64,000 bases of DNA from Patescibacteria group bacterium (lineage in GTDB: Bacteria; Patescibacteriota; WWE3; UBA101185; UBA10185): positions 9,508 to 73,507 of the forward strand of contig JBHPHX010000001.1 of NCBI GenBank assembly GCA_042571515.1. Direction: 5' to 3'. The position numbers and the translations under genes are program-made. This document shows positions 52,587 through 62,561 of this stretch, in pieces. Below the pieces are notes generated by a model. That model was not told where the DNA came from. It saw nothing but the letters and a program-made list of their open reading frames with translations, and ran no database searches. The first letter of the stretch is position 1, and each line of letters starts with the position of its first letter.

Positions 52587-54659
52587 TTGGAATTTTTCTT
52601 TTATACAACAGTATTGTATAATCCACGTATGTATATCTCCAAAACATCAGAAAAAGTACTCGCCCTCTTGTTTGAAAACAACAACAATCCTCTATTTATA
52701 AATGAGATTATAAGAAAAACGGGGTTGTATCCAAACGCAATACAGAGATCTCTAAAAACGTTGGAGAAACAAAATATTGTCATTTCAGAAAGAAGACTAA
52801 ATAGAAGGTTTTATTCCTTAAACAAAAATCATAAACACTATGTGGAATTCGAAAAAATTGCTACAAAATCCTCAAGTAAAAATACTTATAAATACCTAAA
52901 GTGGGTAAACCGCGAGTGCTCCGTAGCATTAAATACAGCAATAGGGAGTGCTCAATGTACCCCAAAATATATTAAACGCTTTAGAATACCCCCAGTGGAG
53001 TTTCTTTGGTATAACTCAGTTACAGGCGGGGTTTACCAATCATTTGAACAGATTACGAAAACCGCAGAGGTAATTTCTAAGGAAGTAAAAAAGGATTCCA
53101 CGTTTGCAAAAGATTTAGCTGACAGGTGCAGAGAAGATGGAGAGGAGCTAATTGCTGAAACACAAAAAACAACAAGGTTAGATCTCCCCAATTTAACGGA
53201 AAAGCAGTTACATTCAGCACTCAACAAAATACACGAACTCTTCTTACATTTTATGCCATATTACGTAATACCCCACGCCATTGAAAAAGCAATTGAATCA
53301 GAGCTTGGGGAACGCATTCTAGACCGCGAAGTTAAAGAAAAACTCATTGAACCAGTCAGCATAATTTCAGACGAGCAGGTTGATGAATTGGAACTTGCTT
53401 CACTGGTAAAAAAAGGGGGATGGACACAGAAAAATAAAAGAAAATTGTCCACACTCACCAAAAAATATTGTTGGCTTCCCATGATGGCGCTTCATCATAA
53501 GCCTTTTAATTCAACACATTTCAAAAAAATAATTGGTGAGCTTGTTGTAAGTATGAAAAATCCCAAAAAGGAACTTTTAAAGCTACAGGAACAGGAGAAA
53601 GAAAGAGAAGAAGATCTTGAAAATACCCTAAATAATATTGAAGCGGACGAGGAACTAAGAAACTTGGTTAGCATTACACAGTCCTATTTAAGTCTTCGAA
53701 CTTATCGTGTAAATATTACAAAAAAATTTCACTACTATCACCTACCCCTGCTAAATGAAATATCAAAAAGAATTGGTATCAAACAGGAAGATATTGCTTT
53801 TTTGACTTACCCAGAAATTCTTGAGTCTTTAAAAGATAATAAGCGAAGGAAAAAACTAAACCAACTTATAAATAAACGCAGGGTGGGGTTTGTGAATATC
53901 ACCTGGAAGGGCAAAACCAGAGTGATATCTGGCGTAAAAGACATTATACAGGCGATAGAGCAGTATAATATCCGTGCAGAAGATCCTACAATTAGAAAGG
54001 TGGTTAAGGGTAATCCTGCTTGTAGGGGAAAGGTCACAGGGACTGTGAAAGTTGTTAAAAAGCTATCCGAACTTGAGAAAGTAACCAAGGGGGACATACT
54101 TGTAGCGAGAATGACAACGCCAGATTATATGATTGCAATTAACAGGGCGGCAGCAATAGTAACTGATGAGGGAGGTATTACCTGCCATGCTGCAATTGTA
54201 TCCCGCGAGTACAACTTACCGTGCATTGTTGGAACAAGAAACGCCACACATATACTAGGTGACGGGGACTTGGTTGAGGTTGATGCAGATGAGGGTATCG
54301 TAAGAGTCGTTGAAACAGCGGACCTACCTGAAAATATAAAGGAAATTTTTGGTAAAACAATTTACAAGGGCAAGGTAAGGGGCACGGCTAGAGTGATCCT
54401 GGACATATCCGATTTTGGGAACTTGCAAAAGGGAGATATAGTCATCGCAGCTCAAACCACACCAGAATATCTCTCGCTTTTGTACCGCGCAAAGGGCTTT
54501 GTGGTAGACGAGGAATCCATATCCTCTCACGCCGTGCTTTATGGCAACGCGCTAAAAATACCCTCTATAATGGGAACCTCGTACGCAAGAAATGTAATTG
54601 AAGACGGGGAAAAGGTAGAGCTAGATGCTACAAAGGGTGTGTTAAAGCGGTTAGGTTAA
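52587..54659 (+). CDS. PEP-utilizing-enzyme mobile-domain protein with an N-terminal winged-helix (MarR-like) domain, 690 aa
   Basis: GGITCHAAIVSREYNLPCIVGT (PEP-utilizers phospho-His domain) plus a second degenerate copy (SSHAVLYGNALKIPSIMGT). N-terminal wHTH-like LFINEIIRKTGLYPNAIQRSLKTLEKQNIV. Confidence 0.6.
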   Translation: MEFFFYTTVLYNPRMYISKTSEKVLALLFENNNNPLFINEIIRKTGLYPNAIQRSLKTLEKQNIVISERRLNRRFYSLNKNHKHYVEFEKIATKSSSKNTYKYLKWVNRECSVALNTAIGSAQCTPKYIKRFRIPPVEFLWYNSVTGGVYQSFEQITKTAEVISKEVKKDSTFAKDLADRCREDGEELIAETQKTTRLDLPNLTEKQLHSALNKIHELFLHFMPYYVIPHAIEKAIESELGERILDREVKEKLIEPVSIISDEQVDELELASLVKKGGWTQKNKRKLSTLTKKYCWLPMMALHHKPFNSTHFKKIIGELVVSMKNPKKELLKLQEQEKEREEDLENTLNNIEADEELRNLVSITQSYLSLRTYRVNITKKFHYYHLPLLNEISKRIGIKQEDIAFLTYPEILESLKDNKRRKKLNQLINKRRVGFVNITWKGKTRVISGVKDIIQAIEQYNIRAEDPTIRKVVKGNPACRGKVTGTVKVVKKLSELEKVTKGDILVARMTTPDYMIAINRAAAIVTDEGGITCHAAIVSREYNLPCIVGTRNATHILGDGDLVEVDADEGIVRVVETADLPENIKEIFGKTIYKGKVRGTARVILDISDFGNLQKGDIVIAAQTTPEYLSLLYRAKGFVVDEESISSHAVLYGNALKIPSIMGTSYARNVIEDGEKVELDATKGVLKRLG

Positions 54660-57130
54660 ACCAGCCTCTTCCTAAACACCCACTTACTAATCTCAATAGT
54701 AAAAAACATAGCAATAGAAGCGGAGACAACCAGAGCCCAATACCAGCCAAGCGATGCTAGACCAAAAAAGTTTCTAATACCCACGGTTGCAAACGGGGTC
54801 ACCTGCAACACCGCCCCGCCTAAAACCGCAATAGCTAACCACTTATTCTCAAATAATTTTGCTTGCCAAAATGGTCGGGTAAGGGTCTTCACGGAAAAAA
54901 CATACACCAAAGAATTAACTCCCAAAGTTGCAAATGCAATTGACCTAGCCAAAGTAAGGTCCCCAGTGGACTCATGAATATAATAAAACAACCCAAAAGC
55001 AAAAATTCCACCTGCTATGGATACAATACCGATTAAAGATTTTATCCAACCTGTCACTATTGGCTCTTGCGTGGGTCTGGGTTTCCGTAACATGATGTCC
55101 TCAGCCTTGGGATCTGCTGTTAGTGCTAAGCTTGGAAACGCATCCGAAATTAGATTGATCCATAAAATTTGGGAGGCTGTAACCGGTAGAGGCAACTTCA
55201 TTAGCATACTAAAAATAATGGCTAAAATTTCCTCAAAAGCATCACTCATAAGATACAAAATCACCTTGCGGATATTATCAAATATTCCCCTGCCCTCCTC
55301 CACTGCCTCCACAATAGTAGTAAAACTAGAATCAAGCAGAACTAAGTCGGAAGACTCCTTAGCCACCTCTGTAGATTCATTAACTACCACACCAATATCT
55401 GCCTTGTGGAGAGCCGGGGCGTCATTTACACCATCCCCAACCATGGCTACCACTTCCCCATTATCTTTAAGGGCATTAATGACCTGAAGTTTCTGGTCTG
55501 GGTGAGTTCGGGCAAGAAGCCTTATTTCTCCATCACCCTTCTTAAACCATTGAGCCAATTCCTCCGAATTCATGTTCTTTATATTCTCGCCTTGTAAAAT
55601 GTACTCCTGTTTAATATCCAAACCCAGCTGTGTAGCTACATTCAAAGCCGTATTTACATAATCTCCGGTTATAATCACCAGTTTTATACCAGCCTTTTGG
55701 GTCTTAACTAAAGCCTCTTTGACATCTTGCCTAACAGGATCCGTAAACCCAAGCAAACCTACCCACTCCAAACCTTTTACGTCTTCTTTAGAAAATTTGC
55801 TCTGATCCGTAAACCTACGTGCGTATCCAATAACCCTCATCCCCCTGTTGCTCATTTTCTCTACCCTATCCAAAATTTCATTTCTTCTTTCCTCCGGAAG
55901 ATTGCTTCGTCTTACTAACTCCTCTGGGGCACCATTCACAAAGATTGCATTTACTTTGTCATCAAACTTATTAAGGGTGGTAAAAAACATATGCTCAGAG
56001 GAAAAGGGTATGCTATCTAATCTTTCAAATCTGCTTAAAACTCTCTTGACGTCTTCAAAAGCTCTGGCCCATTTATCAGCAGCAATTTCAATAGGATCAG
56101 AAAGGTCGTTGGCCACCGTTGCCTGAACCAACAAATTATCTTTATCCCCCACCACTTCTGTCACTTGCATCTCACCCAAAGTTAAGGTCCCCGTCTTATC
56201 TGTACAGATTGTGGTCACCCCACCCAATGTTTCAGCAGAAGTTAGGTTACGTACTAAACCCTTGCGTTTTAATATTCGTTGCATTCCAAGCGCTAAAACT
56301 ACAGTCATAGCCACAAGCAGGCCTTCTGGCACAGCCGATACTGCAAGTGCCACAGAGGTTGTGAACATATCCACTATATCTTTTCCTAATACCAAACCAA
56401 GTAGAAACACAAATATAGTAATAATTAGTATCAAAATCGAAAGATCCTTACTAAATTTAGCTAATTGTTTTGAAAGTGGGGTTTGTTCCACTGGTTCCTG
56501 CACACTCATTGCCAATTTTCCAATCTCTGTATCCTCCCCAGTGCTCAAAACTTCAACCAAAGCCTGTCCCCCAGAAACAACTGTTCCCATAAACACCTCG
56601 TCATTAATTTTCTTTCCCACCGGCACAGATTCACCTGTAAGCATAGCTTCGGAGGCAAAGAAGCGGTTGCATTCAATCACCTTGGCATCTGCTGGCATTT
56701 TATCCCCTTGCCTTAAAACAACCACATCCCCTGGAACCAAATTCTCCGTATTAATTTGCACCACTTTTGCGTCTCTTATAACAAGTGTGAAGGAGTGAAT
56801 CATTTTTTTGAGAGCTTCAAGTGAATCCCCTGCTTTCTTTTCTTGCATAAACCCCAAAAACGTATTTAAAGAGACAGCAAACAGGATAATAACTGCATCA
56901 GACAAGTGACGTAAGAGGATCGTTGTGGCTGCAGCTATAAGCAAAACGTAAACCAAGGGGCTTTTTAATTGTTGAACAATAAGTTGAAGACTTGAGGGAG
57001 GGGGTTTTTGTGGAAGTACGTTTGGGCCAAATCTTTCTAAGGCACTTTCCACCTCCGTTTGAGACAAGCCCTTGTGTTTTTTGGCATAAATATTAGTAAG
57101 GTGACTTAGCTTTTGGTCCTCTTGGGGCAT
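54656..57130 (-). CDS. P-type cation-transporting ATPase (type II, Ca2+/Mg2+-like)
   Basis: DKTGTLT phosphorylation motif, TGES-like region and GDGVNDAPAL hinge. 8-10 TM. Confidence 0.9.
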   Translation of the reverse strand: MPQEDQKLSHLTNIYAKKHKGLSQTEVESALERFGPNVLPQKPPPSSLQLIVQQLKSPLVYVLLIAAATTILLRHLSDAVIILFAVSLNTFLGFMQEKKAGDSLEALKKMIHSFTLVIRDAKVVQINTENLVPGDVVVLRQGDKMPADAKVIECNRFFASEAMLTGESVPVGKKINDEVFMGTVVSGGQALVEVLSTGEDTEIGKLAMSVQEPVEQTPLSKQLAKFSKDLSILILIITIFVFLLGLVLGKDIVDMFTTSVALAVSAVPEGLLVAMTVVLALGMQRILKRKGLVRNLTSAETLGGVTTICTDKTGTLTLGEMQVTEVVGDKDNLLVQATVANDLSDPIEIAADKWARAFEDVKRVLSRFERLDSIPFSSEHMFFTTLNKFDDKVNAIFVNGAPEELVRRSNLPEERRNEILDRVEKMSNRGMRVIGYARRFTDQSKFSKEDVKGLEWVGLLGFTDPVRQDVKEALVKTQKAGIKLVIITGDYVNTALNVATQLGLDIKQEYILQGENIKNMNSEELAQWFKKGDGEIRLLARTHPDQKLQVINALKDNGEVVAMVGDGVNDAPALHKADIGVVVNESTEVAKESSDLVLLDSSFTTIVEAVEEGRGIFDNIRKVILYLMSDAFEEILAIIFSMLMKLPLPVTASQILWINLISDAFPSLALTADPKAEDIMLRKPRPTQEPIVTGWIKSLIGIVSIAGGIFAFGLFYYIHESTGDLTLARSIAFATLGVNSLVYVFSVKTLTRPFWQAKLFENKWLAIAVLGGAVLQVTPFATVGIRNFFGLASLGWYWALVVSASIAMFFTIEISKWVFRKRLV

Positions 57131-57143
57131 TAGAATAAGTATA

Positions 57144-58457
57144 TCATTCTAGTATTTCAATATTAGCCCCTAGTTTTTTGTAAACTTCAAAGATATCTGG
57201 GTACCTACGCTTTAATATATCTACTCCGTGTAACGTAGTTTCAACCTTATCTGCCAGAGCAGCCAAAAATAAGGCTTTACAGGCTTGAATAACGCTTGGC
57301 GATATCACTTCACCACCCTTAAACTCAATTGGTCCGGTTACAATTACTCTTTGGGGGTCACATGTAAAAATCTGGGCACCAAGCCCGTTTAGTTCCCTAG
57401 TGAAATCCAAACCATTTTCATACATCCAGTTTTGGATCTGCATCCTACCTTTTGTTTTACAGGCCAAAGTAACCATTACCGGTAGGACATCTGCTGGAAA
57501 TCCGGGCCAGGGCCTGGGATAAAGTTTAGGCAAGTCGCCGCTAGCCATAGGAAACCCTGAGTTAACGGTATCTATAAAAAGATCTCCTGAACCGTCCACT
57601 ACTAAATCTTTACCGTCCTCAACAATAGATAGGTTGAATTTGGAAAACCAAGTCGTTAATCCCTTCGTAATTTCAAAAATATTGGCATTCTTTATCCTAA
57701 TTTGTCCTTTTGTTACAGCGGCCGCAACCATATATCCGGCAATGTCCACTTGATCTGGCCCAGGAATATACTTCCCTCCTCCTAGATGCTTCTTACCCTC
57801 TATTTCTAATTTGCTCGAACCAATGCCAGATATTTTTGCTCCCATATTTTTTAACAACTTAAGTAATTCAGAAACATGGGGCTCACATGCGCAACCCTGA
57901 ATTGTAAATTTTGAACTTACACCAGCCAAGTACATGCACAAATTTTCAGTGGCAGTGACACTGGCCTCAATCATCCAAATTTTGGAATTGCTGGGGGTGT
58001 TCTTAGGAGCTTCGAATAAGACTGAGTTTTTCCTAAACGTTATTTTTACTCCAACCTGTTTAAAGGCATCTGTGTGAGCAGCCAAGGAACGTTGGCCCAA
58101 AACACAACCTCCTGGTAAGGGTATCTCTGCTTTTCCTAACCTCGCTAGAAGCGGACCCACAAATAACGCTGAGGCTCTAATACTCCCTCCTATTTTTCTA
58201 TCTATCTTGTGTGTTTTTATATTTTTGCAAGTAACACATATCTTTTTGTAATCATCGCAGCTTACCTCGGCGCCAAGTTTTTCTAATATCTCAAGCATCT
58301 TTGCTACATCGCTAGTCTTAGGGACATTTCTGTACTCAATTGTCTTGTTCGTAAGAAGGCTGGAGGGTAAAGCAGCAAGGATTGAGTTTTTGTTTGGTAT
58401 GGGGGTAGCTGTTCCTTTTAGTGGAATTCCACCAGTGATTTTTACTGTTCCTTTCAT
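57144..58457 (-). CDS. murA: UDP-N-acetylglucosamine 1-carboxyvinyltransferase
   Basis: EPT-fold repeat. MKGTVKITGG...LKGTATPIPNKNSILAALP. Active-site Cys region. Confidence 0.9.
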   Translation of the reverse strand: MKGTVKITGGIPLKGTATPIPNKNSILAALPSSLLTNKTIEYRNVPKTSDVAKMLEILEKLGAEVSCDDYKKICVTCKNIKTHKIDRKIGGSIRASALFVGPLLARLGKAEIPLPGGCVLGQRSLAAHTDAFKQVGVKITFRKNSVLFEAPKNTPSNSKIWMIEASVTATENLCMYLAGVSSKFTIQGCACEPHVSELLKLLKNMGAKISGIGSSKLEIEGKKHLGGGKYIPGPDQVDIAGYMVAAAVTKGQIRIKNANIFEITKGLTTWFSKFNLSIVEDGKDLVVDGSGDLFIDTVNSGFPMASGDLPKLYPRPWPGFPADVLPVMVTLACKTKGRMQIQNWMYENGLDFTRELNGLGAQIFTCDPQRVIVTGPIEFKGGEVISPSVIQACKALFLAALADKVETTLHGVDILKRRYPDIFEVYKKLGANIEILE

Positions 58458-58507
58458 AACATTTAAAACGAGATTCTCCTAGTTTAACACAGTGTTATAA
58501 TATTTTT

Positions 58508-59497
58508 GTGAATAAGAAAAATAATACTTTTGAAGAAATTTGGGATGCAATTCTCAAGGCTAAAACTATTGTAATTGGAATGCATAAAAGACCCGATTTG
58601 GATACTGCCGCTTCTGCCCTTGCGCTGGCCAAAGTATTAAAAACAAAAGGCAAGGATGTAACAGTTCTCTCGATTGATAATTTGGGACCTATTTCAGGGT
58701 TGTTTGATACTACCCAAATTATAATAGTAGACCCGGCACAATTTAACTTTTCTGGTGCGGATTTATATATTGCTCCAGATGTCAGCGAGGAATACAGGGT
58801 TTCCAACGACACTTCTTTTTCTGCCCCGGTTAAAAAAATTAGAATAGACCACCATCCGGATAGTACTCTTTGGGGGGATCTAAACTATGTTGACCCCTCC
58901 AGTTCCTCTGTTGCGGGTATTGTTTTTGATATGTTTAGTAAGGTAGGGGTACCAATAGATTCGGAACTTGCTACCCTACTCTTAGCTGGAATGCTTGGTG
59001 ATACTGGCTTCTTTCAAAACTCAAATACTAAAGTATCTGACTTAGAAACTGCAGTAAAACTTATGAAAAGTGGTGCAAATTTGCCTAAGTTGGTTTGGGA
59101 CATAAAATTCCATGATGGTTTAGAGTTGTTTAAGCTTCAGGAAGTGGTTTTCAAAAATCTCAAAGTGGATCAAGATAGAAAGTATGGGTACTCACATGTG
59201 TCACTAGCAGAGAAGAAAGAGTTTGGTATGGAGCCAGATTATCAACATCACACATTGGCAGATTATATTAAAACTTTGGATGGTGTAGATTTTGTTTTTA
59301 CAACGATAGAACTACCTACCGGAAAATTCAAGGTTAGTTTTAGGGCACGTACTTTGGGTTTTGATACAACTGTTTTTGCAAATCCACTTGGTGGAGGGGG
59401 GCATCCTGCGGCTTCAGCGGTTGAGTTAGAAGCAAAAACGGTGGATGAAGCAATTAAACTTGTAAAAGATAAGATTGCAGAAGTGCTTAGATATTGA
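58508..59497 (+). CDS. nrnA: DHH/DHHA1 phosphoesterase (NrnA-like oligoribonuclease / pAp phosphatase)
   Basis: IDHHPD (DHH) and GGGGHPAASA (DHHA1 GGGH) motifs. Confidence 0.8.
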   Translation: MNKKNNTFEEIWDAILKAKTIVIGMHKRPDLDTAASALALAKVLKTKGKDVTVLSIDNLGPISGLFDTTQIIIVDPAQFNFSGADLYIAPDVSEEYRVSNDTSFSAPVKKIRIDHHPDSTLWGDLNYVDPSSSSVAGIVFDMFSKVGVPIDSELATLLLAGMLGDTGFFQNSNTKVSDLETAVKLMKSGANLPKLVWDIKFHDGLELFKLQEVVFKNLKVDQDRKYGYSHVSLAEKKEFGMEPDYQHHTLADYIKTLDGVDFVFTTIELPTGKFKVSFRARTLGFDTTVFANPLGGGGHPAASAVELEAKTVDEAIKLVKDKIAEVLRY

Positions 59498-59841
59498 TAC
59501 AATCCGCTAAATGAAGAAAGGGTTTTAATGATCTCTTTACTTCATCCTCCTTACAAACCCAGGGTTGGTTATTTCATTAAATTAACCCTGGGTTCTATGC
59601 TACAATAGGCCCAACGCCACATTTGGTTCTATTAAACTTCCTTTCTTTCCAGAACCATCTGTTACTCGTTAGGGTCTTGGGGCCAGGCTGGGTTAGAAAA
59701 TGTTCTGCCGCGAATAATTTTAATATACTACCACTATTAAATAATTCGTTTGAAATAAATCCCTTCCGTTTCAAGACCCTTCATTCTTTTGGTCGTCCTT
59801 CGCAAGAGATATCCATTAGACAGGATATCTCCGCCTTGATC

Positions 59842-59893
59842 CCGAAGTTGTGAGGCCTAGTCCCCAACTCACAACCTCGGGTTCTTTTTTTTC
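59842..59893 (+). terminator. Strong rho-independent terminator (CCGAAGTTGTGAG...CTCACAACCTCGG followed by TTCTTTTTTTT)
   Basis: 13-bp stem (one mismatch) followed by a T8 run. Lies ~350 nt downstream of nrnA with no credible ORF between. Confidence 0.6.
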
Positions 59894-59982
59894 TCTGGAC
59901 TTGAAATTACAGCAAAAATCGTATATATTCCATGCAACACTAACCCATTTATTCTTTTAATCTTTTTCACGGAGGACTATAA

Positions 59983-60231
59983 ATGAAACCGCGTATTACG
60001 CACGTTGGAGGAATTGGGCACGTTGTCATCATTGGAAAGCCAAATAAGAATCTTCACGTACTTCTAGAAGACTCGGGGTGGGGACAAATTGACAACATAG
60101 CAGACATTAAAGAAACTGAAAGTGTGAAATCCTTTGACTCTAAACCGGACATCTCGGAGTTATCAACTCCCCATCTTCGTGATCGTGGAGGTACAAAAAA
60201 GCGAGTGCGGCGTTGTTCGCTTTTTAAATAA
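59983..60231 (+). CDS. Hypothetical small basic protein (82 aa)
   Basis: SD GGAGGA. ORF track. Followed by a terminator. Confidence 0.45.
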   Translation: MKPRITHVGGIGHVVIIGKPNKNLHVLLEDSGWGQIDNIADIKETESVKSFDSKPDISELSTPHLRDRGGTKKRVRRCSLFK

Positions 60232-60249
60232 CTGATTACCACCCCCCCC

Positions 60250-60281
60250 AGAAATTTAAACCTGGGGGTTTTTACTCTCTG
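60250..60281 (+). terminator. Rho-independent terminator (CCCCCAG-AAATTTAAAC-CTGGGGG followed by TTTTT)
   Basis: 7-bp GC stem plus T5. Preceded by a C7 homopolymer. Confidence 0.55.
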
Positions 60282-60675
60282 TTTTTCAGAAACCAAAAAA
60301 GTTAGAACCCCGGTTTAACCCGAGGTTCTAAAGGCACCTAATCATAAACTGTTTCTTTCGAAACTTAATAAGATAAATCCACACCCGATGTGGCGTGACA
60401 CTGGTCGTTTAAACAACCCGTAAGGTTCTAAGTGGATACGTTAGGAGTATCCTAAAGTGTAAGTGGAGCTTTAACTCTACCAGCACTTTCGACCACACCA
60501 GGTAATTCGTCTACTTTGACGAGGTTACCTGCCCAAAATTGCGACAGGTCTGATGGACTAGGTCCATCCTTAATACTATTTTATCATTTGGTATATTTAG
60601 GTCAAATCAAACATCAAAATTCACTAATTTACATCAGAAATATTTTAGACCTTAACAACAAAGAAAACCCAAATA

Positions 60676-61281
60676 CTACAATCCCAATAACTTCATCATA
60701 AAGTCAATTAAGGGGTTAATTACAATATTTGTGGATCTTGTAAAAATTAAAAGTAGCAGTATTATAGTGCCATACTTTTGCATCTCCATCCATTGAATAT
60801 GCAATTGTTGTGGCAACAACCCAGCCACGACCTTAAAACCATCTAGTGGGTGAACTGGGATCAAATTAAAAACTCCAAGCACAATGTTATAAAAAATAAG
60901 TAAATAGAAAAAAGAACCTAAAACTCCCATGGGATTTACAAATCGGAACGCTATTGTAAAGATTACAGCCAAAACCAGATTTGAAAATGGTCCTGCAAAA
61001 GCAATAAGCGCGGAGTCGCGTTTGGGGTTTTTGAGATTAATAGGATTAAAGGGCACTGGTCTTCCCCACCCAAAACCTGCTACCAAAAGCATAAATGACC
61101 CCAACGGATCTAAATGTGCCCTAGGGTCTAAAGTCACTCTCCCCATAAGTCTTGCAGTATCATCACCTAACTTATCTGCCATAATAGCGTGTGCAAATTC
61201 GTGTATAGAAAGGGAAATTACAAGCGCAATAGCAATAAGAAAGAATAATATTGGGTTTTGAAATAGCAGCTGTAAAAGCAT
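60676..61281 (-). CDS. M50-family zinc metalloprotease (site-2 protease-like membrane protein)
   Basis: HEFAHAIMADKLGD (HExxH within a TM helix). Multiple TM segments. Confidence 0.8.
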   Translation of the reverse strand: MLLQLLFQNPILFFLIAIALVISLSIHEFAHAIMADKLGDDTARLMGRVTLDPRAHLDPLGSFMLLVAGFGWGRPVPFNPINLKNPKRDSALIAFAGPFSNLVLAVIFTIAFRFVNPMGVLGSFFYLLIFYNIVLGVFNLIPVHPLDGFKVVAGLLPQQLHIQWMEMQKYGTIILLLLIFTRSTNIVINPLIDFMMKLLGL

Positions 61282-61325
61282 AGGAGAAGTATAACACGCA
61301 CTTCAAAATGTGTTAAAATCGCAAG

Positions 61326-61508
61326 GTGAAGAAGGTGTTAGATTTTATTAAAGGTGCATATGCTGAGTTTCAGAAAGTGACTTGGCCCACAAAAAAGGAG
61401 ACCAGGCGCTTGACGTTGTATGTTCTAGGTGTTAGTTTAGGCGTTGCGCTATTTGTTTGGGGAGCGGATTTGTTATTTAACAAACTGCTTTCCACCATAA
61501 TTTTATGA
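61326..61508 (+). CDS. secE: Preprotein translocase subunit SecE
   Basis: 60-aa protein with a single C-terminal TM (EFQKVTWPTKKETRRLTLYVLGVSLGVALFVW). Immediately upstream of nusG. Confidence 0.75.
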   Translation: MKKVLDFIKGAYAEFQKVTWPTKKETRRLTLYVLGVSLGVALFVWGADLLFNKLLSTIIL

Positions 61509-62125
61509 CCGATCAAATTGAAGAAACACAAGAAGATAATAAACCAACAGATATGACCGACATAAAAGACGGGGTCTATGTTATTAGTGAAAATACAACC
61601 GATTCCGCCAGATGGTATGTTGTTCATACCTACGCTGGGCACGAAAAAAAGGTTGCAATAACCCTCAAGCAAAGGGCTGAGTCCGCTGGCTTCACAGACA
61701 GAATTTTTAAAGTATTCATTCCAAATCAGAAAAAGATCATTATTAGTGAGGGCAAAAAGAGATCTGTAAATGAGAGGTTATTTCCCGGGTATGTCATAGT
61801 GCAAATGGATATGAGTGATGATGCTTGGTTGTTAGTACGTTCCACGCGGGGCGTCACTGGGTTTGTAGGTATGGGGTCTACGCCTACTGCACTCCCAGAC
61901 TCAGAGGTGAAAACTTTGATGAAGTTTGTCAAGATGGAAGCTCCAAAGTTTGAGGCTAAATTTTCAGTTGGAGATTCAGTAAAAATTATGGATGGGCCTT
62001 TCAAAGAATTCCTAGGTAAGGTAGACGAAGTTAATGAGGATCAGGGTAAGGTAAAGGTACTGGTTTCCGTGTTTGGCAGGGAAACTCCCGTAGAACTAGA
62101 CTTTGTTCAAATTAAAAGTATTTAA
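61505..62125 (+). CDS. nusG: Transcription termination/antitermination factor NusG
   Basis: [14 protein letters not shown] (NGN domain) and C-terminal KOW ([18 protein letters not shown]). Confidence 0.9.
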   Translation: MTDQIEETQEDNKPTDMTDIKDGVYVISENTTDSARWYVVHTYAGHEKKVAITLKQRAESAGFTDRIFKVFIPNQKKIIISEGKKRSVNERLFPGYVIVQMDMSDDAWLLVRSTRGVTGFVGMGSTPTALPDSEVKTLMKFVKMEAPKFEAKFSVGDSVKIMDGPFKEFLGKVDEVNEDQGKVKVLVSVFGRETPVELDFVQIKSI

Positions 62126-62127
62126 AT

Positions 62128-62559
62128 ATGGCAAGAAAAGAGAGAAAGGTGAAAGCCTTAGTAAAATTAAATATTCAGGCAGGTAAAGCCACACCAGCAC
62201 CACCAGTTGGCCCCGCTCTGGGCCAGCATGGTGTCCCGCTTATGGACTTTTGCAAGGAGTTTAACGCAAAAACAGCGGATATGGGTGATGATCTAATCCC
62301 TGTTGTACTCACCGTCTACGAGGACCGTTCCTTTAAATTTATTACCAAGACTCCGGTAACTAGCGAGCTTATTAAAAAAGCCCTTAAAATTGATTCTGGG
62401 TCCTCCAACCCTAATACTGACAAAGTAGGAAAGTTGTCCCGAGCTCAGGCAGAGGAGATTGCAAAGATTAAAATGCCTGATTTGAACACCAAAAGCCTTG
62501 AACAAGCAGTAAAAGTAGTAGAAGGTACGGCTCACTCAATGGGAATAGAAGTGGAATAA
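62128..62559 (+). CDS. rplK: 50S ribosomal protein L11
   Basis: [24 protein letters not shown]. Confidence 0.9.
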   Translation: MARKERKVKALVKLNIQAGKATPAPPVGPALGQHGVPLMDFCKEFNAKTADMGDDLIPVVLTVYEDRSFKFITKTPVTSELIKKALKIDSGSSNPNTDKVGKLSRAQAEEIAKIKMPDLNTKSLEQAVKVVEGTAHSMGIEVE

Positions 62560-62561
62560 AC

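Noticed and set aside
55017-56798. Multiple plus-strand ORFs (55017..55487, 56211..56798 and others) inside the P-type ATPase gene
   Set aside because: They are antisense to a well-supported 824-aa P-type ATPase with intact DKTGT/GDGVNDAP motifs. These are typical antisense frames of a low-GC gene.
59623-59853. ORF 59623..59853(+) of 76 aa in the nrnA downstream spacer
   Set aside because: No SD and atypical amino-acid composition. The region is better explained as a non-coding or structured RNA ending at the strong terminator.
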